The translations under genes and the position numbers were made by a program. The notes under the pieces were generated by a model. The model was not told the DNA's origin. It did not search any database and worked only from the letters and a program-made list of their open reading frames with translations. 50,837 nt of DNA from Bacilli bacterium. Lineage in GTDB: Bacteria; Bacillota_I; Bacilli_A; ML615J-28; CAG-698. This document shows positions 27,225 to 37,475 of the stretch, piece by piece (within the stretch, counting starts at the first letter, position 1; the number at the start of each line of letters is the position of its first letter). Location of the stretch: the NCBI GenBank assembly GCA_023228385.1, contig JALOBF010000001.1, positions 1 through 50,837 of the forward strand. Reading direction: 5' to 3'.

Positions 27225-27524
27225 TCAGAATCTTTTGCGTTCATACAGCGATGATATAAACCAGATGCCGACTACAATCAAAAAAAGTTTAAGTGTTGAG
27301 GAGTAAATAAATAATAAGCATACCAAGCACATTAATAAATAAAGAATAATAAAAATCACTTCAAAATAAATAAAAGGTGTTCGGTATAAACCGCGTAATA
27401 AAAAAAGGATTCCAATAAACAGCAGCAAAGAAAGAAAAAAAATAATATCGCCAAATATCCAATATAATATAAAAGAAAAAATAAAAGTTAACAACCAATA
27501 ATTGTTTTTCCACCAAAACCTCAT
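27225..27524 (-). CDS. hypothetical 3-TM membrane protein
   Basis: Start set to ATG 27524 (MRFWWKNN), 6 nt after GAGGGG. No family recognised. Confidence 0.4.
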   Translation of the reverse strand: MRFWWKNNYWLLTFIFSFILYWIFGDIIFFLSLLLFIGILFLLRGLYRTPFIYFEVIFIILYLLMCLVCLLFIYSSTLKLFLIVVGIWFISSLYERKRF

Positions 27525-27651
27525 ATAAAACCCCTCATTAAAAATTATTAATATCATCGTTATATTATGTTAACAATGATAAAAAATAAATAATCTTAAT
27601 ATATAATATGGTGAAAAGCATTTTTTTCTTACGGCAATAGTCACCTTTTAT

Positions 27652-27673
27652 AAAAAAACCGGCAATTTGCCGG
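27652..27673 (-). terminator. rho-independent terminator after fba
   Basis: Minus strand reads CCGGCAA-A-TTGCCGG followed by T7. Confidence 0.8.
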
Positions 27674-27691
27674 ATATAAATTATTATATAT

Positions 27692-28555
27692 TTATTTTAA
27701 GGTTTTATCAACTGAGCCAAAAACAACAACTTTTTCTTTGACCACTTCGTAAATAGCTTTGGCTGCCGGACCGATTATTTTTCTTGGATCATATACTTTT
27801 TCATCGGCAGCAAGCAATTTCCTAAGTTCACGGGTAAAAGCTAATTGGCATTCTGTATTAACATTAATTTTTGTTGTTCCGCAGCTAATAGCTTTTTTTA
27901 TTTTTTCATCGGGAATACCGGTTCCGCCATGCAGAACTAGCGGTTTATTAGTTGCGTTTTTAATTTCTTCCATTTCTTTAAAACCAAGTACCGGTTCTCC
28001 TTTATAAGGTCCATGAACACTTCCTAATGCCGGCGCAAGAAAATCAACATTTGTTGCTTTTACTAATTGTACACAATCGTTAACATCAGCATAAATTATA
28101 CCTTTTCCGATAACATCATCTTCTTGACCGCCAATCGTGCCTAATTCGGCTTCAACACTGACATTACGAGCATGAGCATAATCGACAACTTCTTTAGTGA
28201 TTTTAATGTTTTCGGTCAAAGGATGATGTGAAGCATCGATCATGACGGATGTAAATCCGGCTTCAATCGCCTTTTTACAATTTTCAAAAGATGAACCGTG
28301 GTCTAGATGAATAGCAACATCAATAGTAATATTTAATTCTTCAAGCATACCTTTAACCATTCCAACGACGGTTTTAAATCCGCCCATATAACGAGCAGCA
28401 CCCTCTGAAACGCCAAGTATTACTGGTGAGTTTAGTTCTTCACATGCACTTAAAATGGATTTTGTCCATTCAAGATTGTTTATGTTGAACTGGCCGACCG
28501 CATACCTTTCTTTTTTTGCTTTTTCAAGCATTGCTTTCATATTCACTAAATTCAT
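27692..28555 (-). CDS. fba: class II fructose-1,6-bisphosphate aldolase
   Basis: 287 aa. [25 protein letters not shown] and the INVNTECQ pattern. AAGGAGG RBS. Confidence 0.93.
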   Translation of the reverse strand: MNLVNMKAMLEKAKKERYAVGQFNINNLEWTKSILSACEELNSPVILGVSEGAARYMGGFKTVVGMVKGMLEELNITIDVAIHLDHGSSFENCKKAIEAGFTSVMIDASHHPLTENIKITKEVVDYAHARNVSVEAELGTIGGQEDDVIGKGIIYADVNDCVQLVKATNVDFLAPALGSVHGPYKGEPVLGFKEMEEIKNATNKPLVLHGGTGIPDEKIKKAISCGTTKINVNTECQLAFTRELRKLLAADEKVYDPRKIIGPAAKAIYEVVKEKVVVFGSVDKTLK

Positions 28556-28587
28556 ATATAAACCTCCTTATGTCGTTTAAACGACTA

Positions 28588-29448
28588 TTATTTTTCTAAA
28601 ATAAAATATCCAAAACCAATAATACCACACCCAATATGGGCACCAACTGCTGGAGTAACCATGTGAACTTCAACCTCATAAGCATTAGAGCATTCTTTCT
28701 TTAATCTATCAGCATACTCTTCGGCTTCTTCTTCTCGCTCCGTATGATATACCATCATTTTAACTTTTTTAGCATCCTTAACTTCATCAAAAAACATATT
28801 CAATGCTGTTTCCACAGCTTTTTTATGAGTTTTAACTTTTAACTTGCTGACAATCCTTCCGTCTTTAGTTAATTCTAATACCGGCTTTATCCGTAATAAA
28901 TTACCGACAAATCCGGCCGCACCGCTTAAGCGCCCATTTTTAACTAAGTAATTTAGATCATCAACAATAAAATATGCATGCTGGTTGTCAATTAAATAAT
29001 TAGAATAATCTAATATCTCTAGAACGCTTTTACCGGCTTCGGCCATTTCTTTAGCCCTGACAGCAATATATCCTTGCATATAAGTAGCCAATTTAGTATC
29101 AACAACATAAATTTTGATCTTTTCTTTATAATCATCAATCAGTGTTTCAACCATTTGTCCGATTGAACTTAATTTATATGAAATTGAATACATAATTACA
29201 TCAGTATAGCCTTCATCAATCAAACGGTCCATAAGCGCCATTGCCTCGCCGATTGTCGGAGCCGAGGTTGATGGAATAACCGCTGAAGTTTTAAGTTTTT
29301 GATAAAACTCATCGGCCTTTATATCAATGCCATCGACGTAATGCTCATCGCCAAAATTCACTATCGAGCGTAAAACAGGGATATCCGGGTCGTAGCCGAT
29401 ATAATCTAAGCCTGCATTGACATCGGATATAATAGCAATTTTACTCAT
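28588..29448 (-). CDS. DegV-family fatty-acid-binding protein
   Basis: 286 aa. IAIISDVNAGL..., PSTSAPTIGE, and a C-terminal VTPAVGAHIGCG pattern. Confidence 0.85.
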   Translation of the reverse strand: MSKIAIISDVNAGLDYIGYDPDIPVLRSIVNFGDEHYVDGIDIKADEFYQKLKTSAVIPSTSAPTIGEAMALMDRLIDEGYTDVIMYSISYKLSSIGQMVETLIDDYKEKIKIYVVDTKLATYMQGYIAVRAKEMAEAGKSVLEILDYSNYLIDNQHAYFIVDDLNYLVKNGRLSGAAGFVGNLLRIKPVLELTKDGRIVSKLKVKTHKKAVETALNMFFDEVKDAKKVKMMVYHTEREEEAEEYADRLKKECSNAYEVEVHMVTPAVGAHIGCGIIGFGYFILEK

Positions 29449-29513
29449 GCTTTTCCTCCAGTCTTATTTTGACCATATTATATCACGAGGGTAATCAAAC
29501 TTCAACAACAAAA

Positions 29514-29545
29514 CAAAAAACTATTGTCTCCGACAATAGTTTTTA
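29514..29545 (-). terminator. rho-independent terminator after spoVT
   Basis: ACTATTGTC-TCC-GACAATAGT, a 9-bp stem flanked by A6 and T5. Confidence 0.8.
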
Positions 29546-29557
29546 TGATTATTAATA

Positions 29558-30088
29558 TTAAGATTCTAAATACTTACTTATAAACAGGCTTGTCATTTCA
29601 GCAATGGATTTTTCAAGTTCACCAATTGCGTTTTCGCCTATAACAATTACAGCGCCTATCAAATCACCGTAAACGGAAATCGGTTTTAACACTAATGGCG
29701 TATTAATTACAAGATTATCCGTTATTTCCAATGATTCTCCGCGTTCAAAAACTTGCGTATTTCTCTTTTGAATTTTATCGTCTAATCTTATATCTATTTT
29801 TTTCCCTACAATGTCTTTTCGGAAATTACCGGCAACGGCAATTATTCTTTCATTGTCGGTTACAATAATTTCTCTTTTACTTGATGCGAATACTGCTTCA
29901 GCATACTGTGCAATAAAATTATTGATACTCTCAATATGTGAATACTTTTTTAGAATGATTGCTTCATTACCATCGGTATATATTTCCAAAGAATCTCCTT
30001 CCCTAATTCGCAAATTTCTTCTGATTTCTTTGGGGATTACTATTCTACCCAAATCATCAATTCTTCTTACAACACCTGTTGCTTTCAT
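29558..30088 (-). CDS. spoVT: stage V sporulation protein T (AbrB-family regulator with GAF-like C-domain)
   Basis: 176 aa. N-terminal MKATGVVRRIDDLGRIVIPKEIRRNLRIREGD (SpoVT/AbrB swapped-hairpin). Located immediately downstream of mfd, as in Bacillus. Confidence 0.88.
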   Translation of the reverse strand: MKATGVVRRIDDLGRIVIPKEIRRNLRIREGDSLEIYTDGNEAIILKKYSHIESINNFIAQYAEAVFASSKREIIVTDNERIIAVAGNFRKDIVGKKIDIRLDDKIQKRNTQVFERGESLEITDNLVINTPLVLKPISVYGDLIGAVIVIGENAIGELEKSIAEMTSLFISKYLES

Positions 30089-30144
30089 CTTGTCACCTCA
30101 CTAGTAATATTATTGTAATTTTTTTACTTTATATACTCTATTTT

Positions 30145-33100
30145 TTACATTTGCGACTCTAACAAACTACTGAGTTCAAATATCCATTTCTTTTCCTTCG
30201 ATTTTTTAGGAATTTTTATAATTATTTTTCTTCTTTTATATTCGAATTCAATATTTTTGTTTATATTTGTCGCTAAAAGAAATAACTTTTCGGGATCAAT
30301 ATTTTTTGTTTTTTCTTCGGAAATAATGACCATCACTTTGTTTTGTGTTTCTAGGATATTTTCAGCTTCAAATTTTTTTAGTAGTATCTGCAAATATCTT
30401 TCTTCGATATAGGTCAATATTTCATTATTGAGCCTACCGAAACGATCGGTAAATTCATCAATAAGGTTTGTTTTGTCCACTTTTGATTTTATTCGATTAA
30501 TTTCTTTATGAATTAATATTTTAATATCATCATCACTTACGTATGATTCATCCACATGTTTTGATACCTCAATAACATAATCTTTTGCTTCTTCTTGTTC
30601 TTTTTCGCCTTTAATTTGATTGACTGATTCATCTAAAAGTTTTAAATACATATCTAAACCGATGTCGTCTATAAAGCCTGACTGCTCTTTTCCGAGAATA
30701 TCACCGGCTCCGCGAATAGCCAAATCACGAACGGCAATTTTATATCCGCTGCCTAGTGTTGTGAATTCCTTAATTGAATTTAATCTTTTAACAGCATCTT
30801 CAGTCAATACCTTATCAGCTTCATACATCAGATAAGCATAAGCGATGCGATCGCTTCTTCCCACTCTTCCTCTAATCTGATATATCTGTGATAAACCTAA
30901 AAAGTCAGCACCATCAATGATTAAAGTATTTGTATTGGGGATATCAATACCGATTTCAATTATAGTCGTACATAGAAGAATATCGTATTTATAGTCAATA
31001 AAGTCCTGAACGGTATTCTCCAGTTCTGTTTTGCTCATTTTTCCATGGGCAATACATATCCGTGCTTCCGGGACAAGCCGATGTAATCTTCGATGCATCC
31101 GATCCAATTCCACAATCCGATTATAAAGATAAAACACTTGACCGCCCCGGGCCATTTCCCGATAAATCGCCTCTTTAATAACAATATCATTTTTTTCAAC
31201 AACATAAGTTTGGATTGGATATCGGTCCTTAGGAGGTGTTCCGATTAAACTAAGTTGCCTGATGCCCACGATCGACATCTGCAAAGTTCGCGGAATCGGA
31301 GTTGCCGTTAAAGTCAAAACATTTACGTTTTCCTTTATTTTTTTTATTTTTTCTTTGTGAACAACACCGAACCTTTGTTCTTCATCAACAATTAGTAATC
31401 CTAAATTTTTAAAAGCAATATCTTTACTTAAGAGCCGATGTGTTCCGATAACAATATCAACCATGCCAGCCTTTAAGTCCTTAATGATTTCTTTTTGCCG
31501 TTTATAGGATACCAACCGGTTAAGCAACTCAACCCTAATGCCATATTTTTCAAATCTAGACTGAAAAGTATAGTAATGCTGCCGGGTCAATATTGTCGTT
31601 GGCGCCAAATAAGCAACTTGTTTATTTGAATAAACAGCTTTAAAAGCAATCCGCATTGCGATTTCGGTTTTGCCATAACCAACATCGCCGCAAATTAACC
31701 GGTCGATTACCTTGCCCTCTTCCATATCTTTTTTTATTTCCGTGATGGCTTTAAGTTGGTCAACCGTTTCTTCGAATTCAAAATCTTCTTCAAACAACCG
31801 TTGAAATTCACTATCAGGACTATACTTAAAACCTTTTGTCTGCTCACGTTTAGCTTGAATGGTTATTAACTCCGCAGCGATGTTTTCTAGTTTTTCTTTA
31901 ATTTTCTGTTTTTTCTTTTCCCACTCGCCTTTGCCGATTATAGTTAACTTCGGGATTGTTCCTTCGCTTCCTTGATACTTTTCCAGAAGACTAACTTTTT
32001 CGACCGGAATATAAAGCTCCATGTTCTGGTATTGCAACATTATATAATCATTGCGAATATCTTTTAGTTGAACCGTCTTAATACCCAGGTATCGACCGAT
32101 ACCATAATCATAATGAACAACATAATCACCCGTTTGCAAATCTTCTTTCGAAGCAATCGGAACCGTATGTTGCATGTGGCGATATTTAGGGCGATGGGAT
32201 TTTACTTGTTTGAATATTTCTTTTTCGGTAATAACTTCAACATTACTTTCGATAAATCCAAAAGCGATTGCATTCTCACATTTAATCAAATTGATTTTTT
32301 GCTTTTTTACTTCTGAAAAACTACTGATTTTTAAAGGGACTAATCCGCTTTCTAAGAATATTTCACAAATGAGATTGATCCTTTCATCACCCATTAGAGC
32401 AAATATAAAAGTTTTTTTAGGATTAGCTTTTAAATCAGCAATCAGGCTGCGGATATCGTTTTGATAACCAACTACAGCATATCCGCGCAAAGAAAAGTGC
32501 TGGTCAAAAATAACTTCATTCAAACTTTGCGTATTTTCGCTAATAATTATTTTTCGATCTGAATGATGAAAAATATTATAAAAGTCGAAGAAGAAAAACA
32601 GATTGAGATTTTTGGGTTTATCCAAATGGTCAAGATAATTACTAAGATCGGATATCATCTGTTGGTAATTTTCTTTTAACCTTTGATAGTCTTGATAAAT
32701 TACAATTTTAGATTCAAGATAATCCAAGAAAGTAACAGGCTGCGGCTCGATATAACGAATATATTTATTTATCCGTTCGAGATTTTCATAATTTCCCATA
32801 TCAGTTAAATCATTATCGAGAAATCTTGGTACAGTGCTACAGTCTTTCCTGATTTTATCGGCCGCTAGTTGAAATTCATCATCAGAATAAATCAATTCGT
32901 TTAAAGGGTAAATTTGATAATTGTTAACTTGTTTGATGCTTTTTTGTGTTTCTACATCAAAAAGTTTCAATGATTCAATTTCGGTATCGAATAAGTTAAC
33001 CCTTACCGGATAATCATTGTGACCGGAAAAAACATCGATTATCTCACCTCTTATACTAAACTCCCCGATCATTGTCGTTAGCGGAACCCTTTTATACCCC

Positions 33101-33579
33101 ATTTCCACCAACCGGCTAACCATGCTTTTATCCGGGAAAACCGTATTTTTATTTAAATCCATTACAGCATTACGATAGCGCTCCAATCTCATAAGTGGGC
33201 GTAAAAGTGCCGGAGGATGAGTAACAATTATCTTTTTTTCGCCGGAAAGAACATTTTTTATAGTATCGAGGCGTTCGTATTTAAAATCTGCACTAACGGC
33301 AATTAATTCAATCGATACCAACTCATCAACAACATATAAATTTACCTTATCACTCCCGGCAAGTTTACAGAATATGTCGTAAGCTTGGTTAGCATAATAA
33401 AGATTGTTGGCCACATAAACAACAAAATCATTACTTTCAAGAAATGATAAATAAGATAAAAGATACCCGTGGTTATACGATAAGTCACTTACATAGCAAG
33501 AATAGTTATCGCATTTAATCGCCTCGAGGTATCCCCTAATTGCCTTATCTTGAGAAAATATTTCTAAAATGTTATTCAT
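30145..33579 (-). CDS. mfd: transcription-repair coupling factor
   Basis: 1144 aa. CarD/RNAP-interaction domain ([14 protein letters not shown]) and SF2 motifs [33 protein letters not shown]. Confidence 0.95.
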   Translation of the reverse strand: MNNILEIFSQDKAIRGYLEAIKCDNYSCYVSDLSYNHGYLLSYLSFLESNDFVVYVANNLYYANQAYDIFCKLAGSDKVNLYVVDELVSIELIAVSADFKYERLDTIKNVLSGEKKIIVTHPPALLRPLMRLERYRNAVMDLNKNTVFPDKSMVSRLVEMGYKRVPLTTMIGEFSIRGEIIDVFSGHNDYPVRVNLFDTEIESLKLFDVETQKSIKQVNNYQIYPLNELIYSDDEFQLAADKIRKDCSTVPRFLDNDLTDMGNYENLERINKYIRYIEPQPVTFLDYLESKIVIYQDYQRLKENYQQMISDLSNYLDHLDKPKNLNLFFFFDFYNIFHHSDRKIIISENTQSLNEVIFDQHFSLRGYAVVGYQNDIRSLIADLKANPKKTFIFALMGDERINLICEIFLESGLVPLKISSFSEVKKQKINLIKCENAIAFGFIESNVEVITEKEIFKQVKSHRPKYRHMQHTVPIASKEDLQTGDYVVHYDYGIGRYLGIKTVQLKDIRNDYIMLQYQNMELYIPVEKVSLLEKYQGSEGTIPKLTIIGKGEWEKKKQKIKEKLENIAAELITIQAKREQTKGFKYSPDSEFQRLFEEDFEFEETVDQLKAITEIKKDMEEGKVIDRLICGDVGYGKTEIAMRIAFKAVYSNKQVAYLAPTTILTRQHYYTFQSRFEKYGIRVELLNRLVSYKRQKEIIKDLKAGMVDIVIGTHRLLSKDIAFKNLGLLIVDEEQRFGVVHKEKIKKIKENVNVLTLTATPIPRTLQMSIVGIRQLSLIGTPPKDRYPIQTYVVEKNDIVIKEAIYREMARGGQVFYLYNRIVELDRMHRRLHRLVPEARICIAHGKMSKTELENTVQDFIDYKYDILLCTTIIEIGIDIPNTNTLIIDGADFLGLSQIYQIRGRVGRSDRIAYAYLMYEADKVLTEDAVKRLNSIKEFTTLGSGYKIAVRDLAIRGAGDILGKEQSGFIDDIGLDMYLKLLDESVNQIKGEKEQEEAKDYVIEVSKHVDESYVSDDDIKILIHKEINRIKSKVDKTNLIDEFTDRFGRLNNEILTYIEERYLQILLKKFEAENILETQNKVMVIISEEKTKNIDPEKLFLLATNINKNIEFEYKRRKIIIKIPKKSKEKKWIFELSSLLESQM

Positions 33580-33588
33580 TCTAAACCC

Positions 33589-34146
33589 CTAATTATATTT
33601 CCCCATGAAATTATCGAAATTTTCTGATAAATAGCAATCAATCATTTCTTTTGCCTTAGATGTCGTTGATTTTAGTGCTGCGGTTTCATCTTTATTAAAT
33701 ACGGAAAGAACATAATTACAAGCGTCAATGGCCGTTTCCTTACCAATGCCAATGCGAATTCTTTTAATCCCTTCGGTTTTCAACAAATCGATAATATTCT
33801 TCATTCCTTTATGACCGCCGGAAGAACCACTGCGACGAATTCGGATTTTACCGCACGGCAACTCCATATCATCATAGATAATAAGGATATTATCAATGTC
33901 GATTTGATAATAATCCTTAACCGCCAACACGGCTTGCCCGGAAAGATTCATATATGTTTGAGGCTTAATAATTATTAAGTTTTGTTCCTGAAATCGAATA
34001 ATAGCAACTTCGCAACGTAAAGCGCGATTAGCGGTAAATTTACCTCGCGAATCTTTAGCTAATTGGTCAACAAACATAAAACCCACATTATGTCGGGTTT
34101 TTTTATATTTTCTACCTGGATTGCCAAGGCCAACTATTAATTTCAT
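33589..34146 (-). CDS. pth: peptidyl-tRNA hydrolase
   Basis: 185 aa. Motifs GLGNPG, TRHNVGF, GGHKGMKNI. Confidence 0.95.
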   Translation of the reverse strand: MKLIVGLGNPGRKYKKTRHNVGFMFVDQLAKDSRGKFTANRALRCEVAIIRFQEQNLIIIKPQTYMNLSGQAVLAVKDYYQIDIDNILIIYDDMELPCGKIRIRRSGSSGGHKGMKNIIDLLKTEGIKRIRIGIGKETAIDACNYVLSVFNKDETAALKSTTSKAKEMIDCYLSENFDNFMGKYN

Positions 34147-34186
34147 ATCTTATACCTCAAACTACATTTAACCTTTCAAAGGACAA

Positions 34187-35041
34187 TTAAGCCGTTTCTT
34201 GGGTTGCAAGCTGCTTTTTGTAACATATTAAGATGTTTTCTAATAATGATGCTATCGTCATCGGTCCTACTCCTTTTGGTACCGGAGTGATATAAGATGT
34301 GATTTCTTTAACTTCAACGTAATCAACGTCACCGACTATTTTTCCTTCAACCTTATTAATACCGACATCAACGACAACAGCATCTTTTTTAACCATATCA
34401 GCGGATATAAAAAGCGGTTTACCTACGGCAACAACTAAAATATCGGCCCGTTTGGTTACATCACGAAGATTGGCCGTTTTCGAATGAGCAATGGTTACAG
34501 TTGCGTTTTTCTGCAAAAGCAGCAAAGCAACGGGTTTACCGACAAGTTTGCTTCTGCCAACTACAACGGCATTCTTACCGGCAATATCTACAAAATATTT
34601 TTGTAATAAGGTAATAATTCCTTTAGGCGTAGCTGGTACAATAGCATCGAGACCGTTCATTAATTTCCCTTGATTAATTATTGTCAAACCGTCTACATCT
34701 TTCAGCGGATCAATCGCATTTATAATTGCGTCTTCATCAAGATGATTCGGTAAAGGCAGTTGAACCAATATTCCATGAATACTAGAATCGCTGTTGCAAT
34801 CAGCAATAATTTTCATCAACTCCTTTTGGGGTAATTTTTCATCAAGAAAAAACTCTTTTACCTGAATACCAACTTCATTACACGCTTTGATTTTATTCCG
34901 AACATAAACTTGGCTTGCAGGATTTTTCCCAACCATAATCAGTGCTAAAGTTATAGTATCGGAAAGCGCAGCAACATCATTGGCAATTTTATTCATTAAG
35001 GTTTCTGCGGTTTTTTTTCCATCCAAAATTATAAAAATCAC
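34187..35041 (-). CDS. folD: bifunctional methylenetetrahydrofolate dehydrogenase/cyclohydrolase
   Basis: 284 aa. ILDGKK, YVRNKIKA, VQLPLP, GRSKLVGKPV, PVPKGVGPMT. Start codon ambiguous: the GTG lies inside GAGGTGA (see findings). Confidence 0.93.
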   Translation of the reverse strand: MIFIILDGKKTAETLMNKIANDVAALSDTITLALIMVGKNPASQVYVRNKIKACNEVGIQVKEFFLDEKLPQKELMKIIADCNSDSSIHGILVQLPLPNHLDEDAIINAIDPLKDVDGLTIINQGKLMNGLDAIVPATPKGIITLLQKYFVDIAGKNAVVVGRSKLVGKPVALLLLQKNATVTIAHSKTANLRDVTKRADILVVAVGKPLFISADMVKKDAVVVDVGINKVEGKIVGDVDYVEVKEITSYITPVPKGVGPMTIASLLENILICYKKQLATQETA

Positions 35042-35109
35042 CTCAATCTCTCTGTTTTCAATTCATTATACACTAATTTATAAAAAAATACTAGATATAG
35101 GAAAAAAAA

Positions 35110-37212
35110 TTATTGAAAATTTATTACAAATTCATTATTTTTAACATCAACCGTATAATTATTATTTGGGATTATTTCTTCCTGTATGATTGCTTTCGCA
35201 ATCATTGTTTCAATTTCTCTTTGAATATATCGTTTGATTGGCCGAGCGCCATATTCATAAGAATAACCAAATTTAATTACTAAATCTTTTACTTTGGGTG
35301 TAAACGAAATATAAATTTTTTCGCCGGCCAATCTTTCTGATAACTGCTTAAGCATTTTATCAATTATTTTCATTAAAACGGCTTGACTTAACGGCTTAAA
35401 CATCACGATTTCATCAATGCGATTTAAAAATTCAGGACGGAATGTTGTTTTAAGCAAAGTTTCAGCTTTTTGCTTTTCACCAGTCAGATAATATTCACTG
35501 CCGAGATTCGAAGTCATAATTATTACTGTGTTTTTAAAATCAATAAGCCTTCCTTGTGAATCAGTAAGACGTCCGTCGTCAAGAATTTGGAGAAGTAAGT
35601 TAAACACTTCTTTGTCTGCTTTTTCAATTTCATCAAACAAAACAATTGAATATGGATTCCTTCTAACTTTTTCCGTTAGTTGTCCTCCCTCTTCGTAACC
35701 AACATAACCCGGGGGCGCCCCGATTAAACGACTTACCGAAAATTTCTCCATATATTCGCTCATATCAATTCGAATAATATGATTTTCATTATCAAATAAC
35801 GCTTCGGCAAGACTTCGTGCAACTTCTGTTTTCCCAACCCCGGTAGGGCCTAAAAACAGAAATGACCCAATTGGACGGTTTTGGTCTTTAATTCCGGCCC
35901 GCTGTCTGATAATTGCATCACTAACCAATTCAACGGCTTCGTCTTGACCGATAACACGTATTTTTAAGGTTTCCTTTAAATTAATAACTTTTTCTCTTTC
36001 CCCTTTTAAAATTCGGGTAATCGGAATGCTGGTAGCCCGAGATATTATTTTCGCAATCGCATCTTCAGTTACAACTTCAGAAAGTAATGCCTTTTCTGAT
36101 TTTCTTTGCAATTCTTCAAGCCGCTTCTCCAAGGCGGGGATATCGCCATATTTTATTTCCGATGCCTGTTTATAATCGCCTTTATTAAATGAATTCTCAA
36201 GTTCAAAGCGGGCATTTTCAAGCTTCTGTTTGATTAATTTTGTTTCATAAATTTTTTGTTTTTCTTCAGTCCATTTTTCTTTTAAAACCGATTCAAAATT
36301 GCGTGAATCAATCAATTCCTGATTTATCTTTTTTAGCCTTTCTTTACTGGTTATATCTTTTTCTTTTTCCAATGCAACTTTTTCAATCTCAAGTTGGGTT
36401 ATCCGGCGTGTAACATCATCAAGTTCAATCGGCATCGAATCAATTTCAATTCGAATCGAAGCACAAGCTTCATCGATTAAATCAATAGCCTTATCGGGTA
36501 AAAACCGATCGGTAATATAGCGATTGGACAAAACCGCCGCTTGAACCAAAGCTCCATCGGTTATTGTTACTCCATGATGTGATTCATACCTTTCTTTCAG
36601 CCCTCTTAAAATACTAATTGTATCTTCGACTGTCGGTTCTTTAATAAAAACTTTCTGAAAGCGCCGTTCTAAAGCCCGGTCTTTTTCTATATAAAGACGA
36701 TATTCATTTAACGTTGTAGCACCGATACAATATATTTCACCGCGCGCCAGCATCGGTTTAAGCATATTACTGGCATCGATGGCTCCGTCGGCTTTGCCGG
36801 CGTCAATTATCAAATGAATTTCATCGATAAAAAGAATAATCTTCCCGTCACTTTCTTTTATTTTATTTAAAATGGCTTTTAATCTTTCCTCAAACTCACC
36901 ACGGTATTTGGCACCGGCAATTAGCGCTCCCATATCAAGTTCATAAATTATTTTATCTTTTAATGTAGAAGGAACATCATTTTTAACAATCCGCTCCGCT
37001 AAGCCTTCTACAATCGCAGTTTTTCCGACCCCGGCTTCCCCAATCAAAATGACGTTATTTTTAGTTTTTCGGGCTAAAACCTGAATTATCCGGCGGATTT
37101 CCTCGTCCCTTCCAATAACCGGATCTATTTTTCCGCGTCTTGCATCTTCAGTAACATCACGACCGAATTTTTTAAGAATATCTTTATCTTGACTGTAGTT
37201 ATGCATTTGCAT
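35110..37212 (-). CDS. clpB: ClpB disaggregase lacking the N-terminal domain (700 aa)
   Basis: Two AAA+ modules ([18 protein letters not shown]), a long M-domain coiled coil (...[19 protein letters not shown]...), and no ClpP-binding loop recognised. Start set to ATG 37212 (MQMHNY), 4 nt after AGGAGGTGA. The track's start at 37233 would run into the CIRCE operator. Confidence 0.9.
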   Translation of the reverse strand: MQMHNYSQDKDILKKFGRDVTEDARRGKIDPVIGRDEEIRRIIQVLARKTKNNVILIGEAGVGKTAIVEGLAERIVKNDVPSTLKDKIIYELDMGALIAGAKYRGEFEERLKAILNKIKESDGKIILFIDEIHLIIDAGKADGAIDASNMLKPMLARGEIYCIGATTLNEYRLYIEKDRALERRFQKVFIKEPTVEDTISILRGLKERYESHHGVTITDGALVQAAVLSNRYITDRFLPDKAIDLIDEACASIRIEIDSMPIELDDVTRRITQLEIEKVALEKEKDITSKERLKKINQELIDSRNFESVLKEKWTEEKQKIYETKLIKQKLENARFELENSFNKGDYKQASEIKYGDIPALEKRLEELQRKSEKALLSEVVTEDAIAKIISRATSIPITRILKGEREKVINLKETLKIRVIGQDEAVELVSDAIIRQRAGIKDQNRPIGSFLFLGPTGVGKTEVARSLAEALFDNENHIIRIDMSEYMEKFSVSRLIGAPPGYVGYEEGGQLTEKVRRNPYSIVLFDEIEKADKEVFNLLLQILDDGRLTDSQGRLIDFKNTVIIMTSNLGSEYYLTGEKQKAETLLKTTFRPEFLNRIDEIVMFKPLSQAVLMKIIDKMLKQLSERLAGEKIYISFTPKVKDLVIKFGYSYEYGARPIKRYIQREIETMIAKAIIQEEIIPNNNYTVDVKNNEFVINFQ

Positions 37213-37226
37213 GTTTTCACCTCCTA

Positions 37227-37253
37227 TTAGCACTCTCCTTTAATGAGTGCTAA
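37227..37253 (-). promoter_or_regulatory. CIRCE element (HrcA operator)
   Basis: TTAGCACTC-TCCTTTAAT-GAGTGCTAA is a perfect match to the TTAGCACTC-N9-GAGTGCTAA consensus, located between the -10 box and the clpB RBS. Confidence 0.9.
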
Positions 37254-37257
37254 TATT

Positions 37258-37285
37258 ATTATACACCGCTTTAGTATTTTGTCAA
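37258..37285 (-). promoter_or_regulatory. sigmaA-type promoter of clpB
   Basis: Minus strand reads TTGACA (37280-37285), a 16-nt spacer, then TATAAT (37258-37263). CIRCE starts 4 nt downstream. Confidence 0.65.
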
Positions 37286-37384
37286 CTTATATTATTTACT
37301 ATTCTTTAAATTATGTCATGGTGTTCGAAAGTATTATTTGTTCTAAATAATATCTTAAATAATCATAAAAATATTCGTTTTAAA

Positions 37385-37418
37385 AAATTATAAAAAGCAA
37401 GAATAGTTTTTCTTGCTT
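37385..37418 (-). terminator. rho-independent terminator after the FAD-dependent protein gene
   Basis: Minus strand reads AAGCAAGAA-AAACTA-TTCTTGCTT followed by TTTATAATTTTTT. Confidence 0.75.
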
Positions 37419-37475
37419 GGTATTTATCTAATGTTTTTAAGGTAAAAACTTTAGGGCTGTATTTGGTTGTTAAAA

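Noticed and set aside
28572-28585. Palindrome GTCGTTTAAACGAC between degV and fba as a terminator
   Set aside because: No U-tract follows it, since it runs directly into the fba RBS (TAAGGAGG). More likely it is a minor mRNA structure or chance.
37213-37233. Upstream N-terminal extensions given by the ORF track: clpB MLIGGEN, pyrG 31 codons to 40671, tpiA 14 codons to 6723, MacB-like 5 codons to 17899, the second DHH gene 18 codons to 43286, DUF951 16 codons to 18210, and SASP 3 codons to 1953
   Set aside because: In each case an internal ATG preceded by a good SD reproduces the conserved family N-terminus. The extension would run through an operator, a terminator, an RBS or the preceding gene.
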